This document shows positions 61,936 through 64,000 of a stretch of 64,000 bases of DNA, in pieces. A program made the translations under genes and the position numbers. Origin of the DNA: Neoechinorhynchus agilis (lineage: Eukaryota > Animalia > Acanthocephala); contig CM121341.1 in assembly GCA_051530055.1 (NCBI GenBank), positions 17,958,784 to 18,022,783 of the forward strand. Reading direction: 5' to 3'. Under the pieces are notes generated by a model that saw only the letters and a program-made list of their open reading frames with translations, ran no database searches and was not told the DNA's origin. Every line of letters starts with the position of its first letter. The first letter of the stretch is position 1.

Positions 61936-62206
61936 AAACCCATTAAAAATTTCTTAGCGAATATGTAGGCTCGCGAAAAGGTAGTATGAATGTTACCACA
62001 ATTGACGCATTTGATTGTCCCCTTATTCATCATTAATTTTATTTAAAATATGATTCTGCAGGGAAAAATTCATATGAGGTCTGAAATCCTCGTTTCCAGT
62101 TTTTCCAAACACTGGTGCGCTAAATAAATAAAAACCGATTTTTCTACACATCAACGCACGAATCGAGAGTATAATTTACAGTAAAGCTGAAATTATCGAC
62201 ATTCGG

Positions 62207-63982
62207 TTATATAATCACATTTGCAGTCAGGGCCAAAATAAGCGCGTAGTTAAGTCTATAAATATTATATGTGGAAGTGAGTGAGGTGACTATGGAACAT
62301 AGCGTAGTGAATGCAAAACATCCGGTGAACTTTAGAAAGCCATATCGTTTACTATGAGTTGTATTTGTTCGCTTTCTAACAAAACGAAGTAGATAGACTG
62401 CGTAGACAAAGATTGCAATCGGGGTACTGGAATCGAATAAGAGGAGAGCGCCGCGGAATCCTTGTGTTTTCACAGTTGATAGAAATGCGATTGCAATTGG
62501 ACTGTTCGCAATAATGAGTAGAATATAAATCAAACAATCGGTTATAACTGTGACGGCTAAGAATTTCTTATTGGGATCCCGGAGAAGAAAAACCAATCGA
62601 ATCAATGTGTGCACCAAGAAGACCATGAACACAAAGGTGCCCACAGTGAGCATAAGGATAACAAATGCCGACATAGACGTGAAAATCATTTCGAGTTTGG
62701 ACGCATCCATGCATTTGCTATTGGTAAATCCAATACATTTTCGACACCTTGCGCATTTGGAGATCAGCTTCGTTGTGTAACACAGTCCGATCCATAGTAA
62801 CACATTTAATGTGACGCCCGTCAAAAGCAAGCCAATGAGAGTATGAAATCCGTCATATAAATCTTGAGTCCATATGTGAAAAAAAGTAAAGGCATGAAGA
62901 AATCGTCTGTTAGTTGAGATGTTGTTTCCCGGAAAGCACAGTGGTGCCATTAAAAGACTATATGCAAATAATTCCGCAATAAAGACGATAACTGAAGAGT
63001 ATACCATATGCTGCATTCCTATTAGTCGAAACCGTTCACCAATTAAAATAAAGAAAAATGTAGATGAAGTCATAAAAGAGAGAATAATTGGACCATAGAC
63101 ATGAAGCCAATTGAAGATTATGCTTCGCCAATATGCATCAATTCTCAATTCAATGGTGCAATAAGAAGGCGCTACCACTTCGATAACCGGATACTCCGTT
63201 GTCCGTGAAAATATTCTTGTGAGCATAAACGGTTTTTTGGAATATATGCAATCTCGATTGTGGCGAATAAAATGTTTTCGTGCATAAATGTCTTGATATT
63301 GGCCAGGCACTGCAAATCTTACATAATAAGGATTCCATAATGAATTGTTCAAGCATTTGACATGCTCGACTGTGATTCTATAAGCTTGCCATAATCGATT
63401 GAAATGCTCGACGCAAACACGACGATGTATATGGCCTGAAGTAACAATACTTATGGACCGGGTATGTGAGAGGCTATGACAATTGGCGTCGATTCCAGAA
63501 TCGCTAGAAATCGCTTCCAGTTCGAAAAACAAAACTTTATTGGGCTGCGAAGAGAATTTTCGAGCTTTTAAAATAATTATTACTTGAGTGATCGGTATTG
63601 AGTTTTCAGTGATTAATGGAATACTCGCAATCTTAAGCTTTCTACGATTAGCAGGTGTGTTGACCATTGGGCAATAATTTGTACTTTTCTCATCGGCCTC
63701 GGGAGCAATCATAGTTCGAAAAGTTTGATCTTGAGCCTTTATCGGCGTCTGTGAACGGAAATCAATATCATTACTTAGTGTATATAACCAGTTATAAGCA
63801 GAAGCACAGTTTGTGATCAAGTTCAGCTTGTCGAACCGCGAAAGGTCTTCTATTGTGACAAAGATCATTAAGTCTTTTGAATGATTCAATGATTCGAGAT
63901 TGATGAAATCACCGACAGTGATTCGATCGGTTTGGTTGAGTTTGTATTCTCGAATGGTTGCATTGTATCCACGGAAAAGAGT
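62207..63982 (-). CDS. Intronless multi-pass membrane protein, possibly a very divergent pentameric ligand-gated ion channel subunit; start not in window
   Basis: Frame is open from 63982 (TLFRGYNATIRE, like the N-terminal LFxGYNxxIRP of Cys-loop receptors) to the stop at 62207; pre-M1/M1/M2-like RSIIFNWLHVYGPIILSFMTSSTFFFILIGERFRL; several further hydrophobic segments. Family call is tentative. Confidence 0.5.
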   Translation of the reverse strand, partial: TLFRGYNATIREYKLNQTDRITVGDFINLESLNHSKDLMIFVTIEDLSRFDKLNLITNCASAYNWLYTLSNDIDFRSQTPIKAQDQTFRTMIAPEADEKSTNYCPMVNTPANRRKLKIASIPLITENSIPITQVIIILKARKFSSQPNKVLFFELEAISSDSGIDANCHSLSHTRSISIVTSGHIHRRVCVEHFNRLWQAYRITVEHVKCLNNSLWNPYYVRFAVPGQYQDIYARKHFIRHNRDCIYSKKPFMLTRIFSRTTEYPVIEVVAPSYCTIELRIDAYWRSIIFNWLHVYGPIILSFMTSSTFFFILIGERFRLIGMQHMVYSSVIVFIAELFAYSLLMAPLCFPGNNISTNRRFLHAFTFFHIWTQDLYDGFHTLIGLLLTGVTLNVLLWIGLCYTTKLISKCARCRKCIGFTNSKCMDASKLEMIFTSMSAFVILMLTVGTFVFMVFLVHTLIRLVFLLRDPNKKFLAVTVITDCLIYILLIIANSPIAIAFLSTVKTQGFRGALLLFDSSTPIAIFVYAVYLLRFVRKRTNTTHSKRYGFLKFTGCFAFTTLCSIVTSLTSTYNIYRLNYALILALTANVII

Positions 63983-64000
63983 TCAATGCAAAATAAGGGC

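Noticed and set aside
1-64000. CRISPR arrays, rRNA, tRNA, prokaryotic operons
   Set aside because: None seen; the window is intron-containing animal DNA, and the ORF-track starts at TTG/GTG are not meaningful here.

Overview
AT-rich nuclear DNA of an unidentified, compact-intron invertebrate animal (SMAD4 is metazoan-specific; species not determinable from sequence alone). Host genes: 3' end of a GalNAc-transferase (GALNT, ricin domain), SMAD4/Medea, PPP1R16 (MYPT3/TIMAP-like, CaaX), SPTLC2, a divergent furin/kexin-like convertase, PCMT1/PIMT, a disrupted sigma-like GST, a divergent pentameric ligand-gated-channel-like ORF and a few orphans. About half of the window is decayed retroelements (Penelope-like elements with minimal hammerhead ribozymes, CRE-like RLE elements, CR1/L2-like and RTE LINEs) and MITE-like foldbacks. 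The 22 introns I traced by homology are ordinary GT-AG, mostly 42-62 nt. The main observation is that three further interruptions of conserved coding sequence (two in SMAD4, one in the convertase; 58, 51 and 79 nt) cannot be removed as GT-AG introns without deleting conserved residues. They share no sequence but do share an architecture: an in-frame stop codon immediately after the last conserved codon, sitting at the base of an 11-12 bp stem that juxtaposes the two ends of the insert. This points to a structure-defined, non-canonical splicing or translational-bypassing system in animal nuclear genes. It is an inference that needs RNA data.
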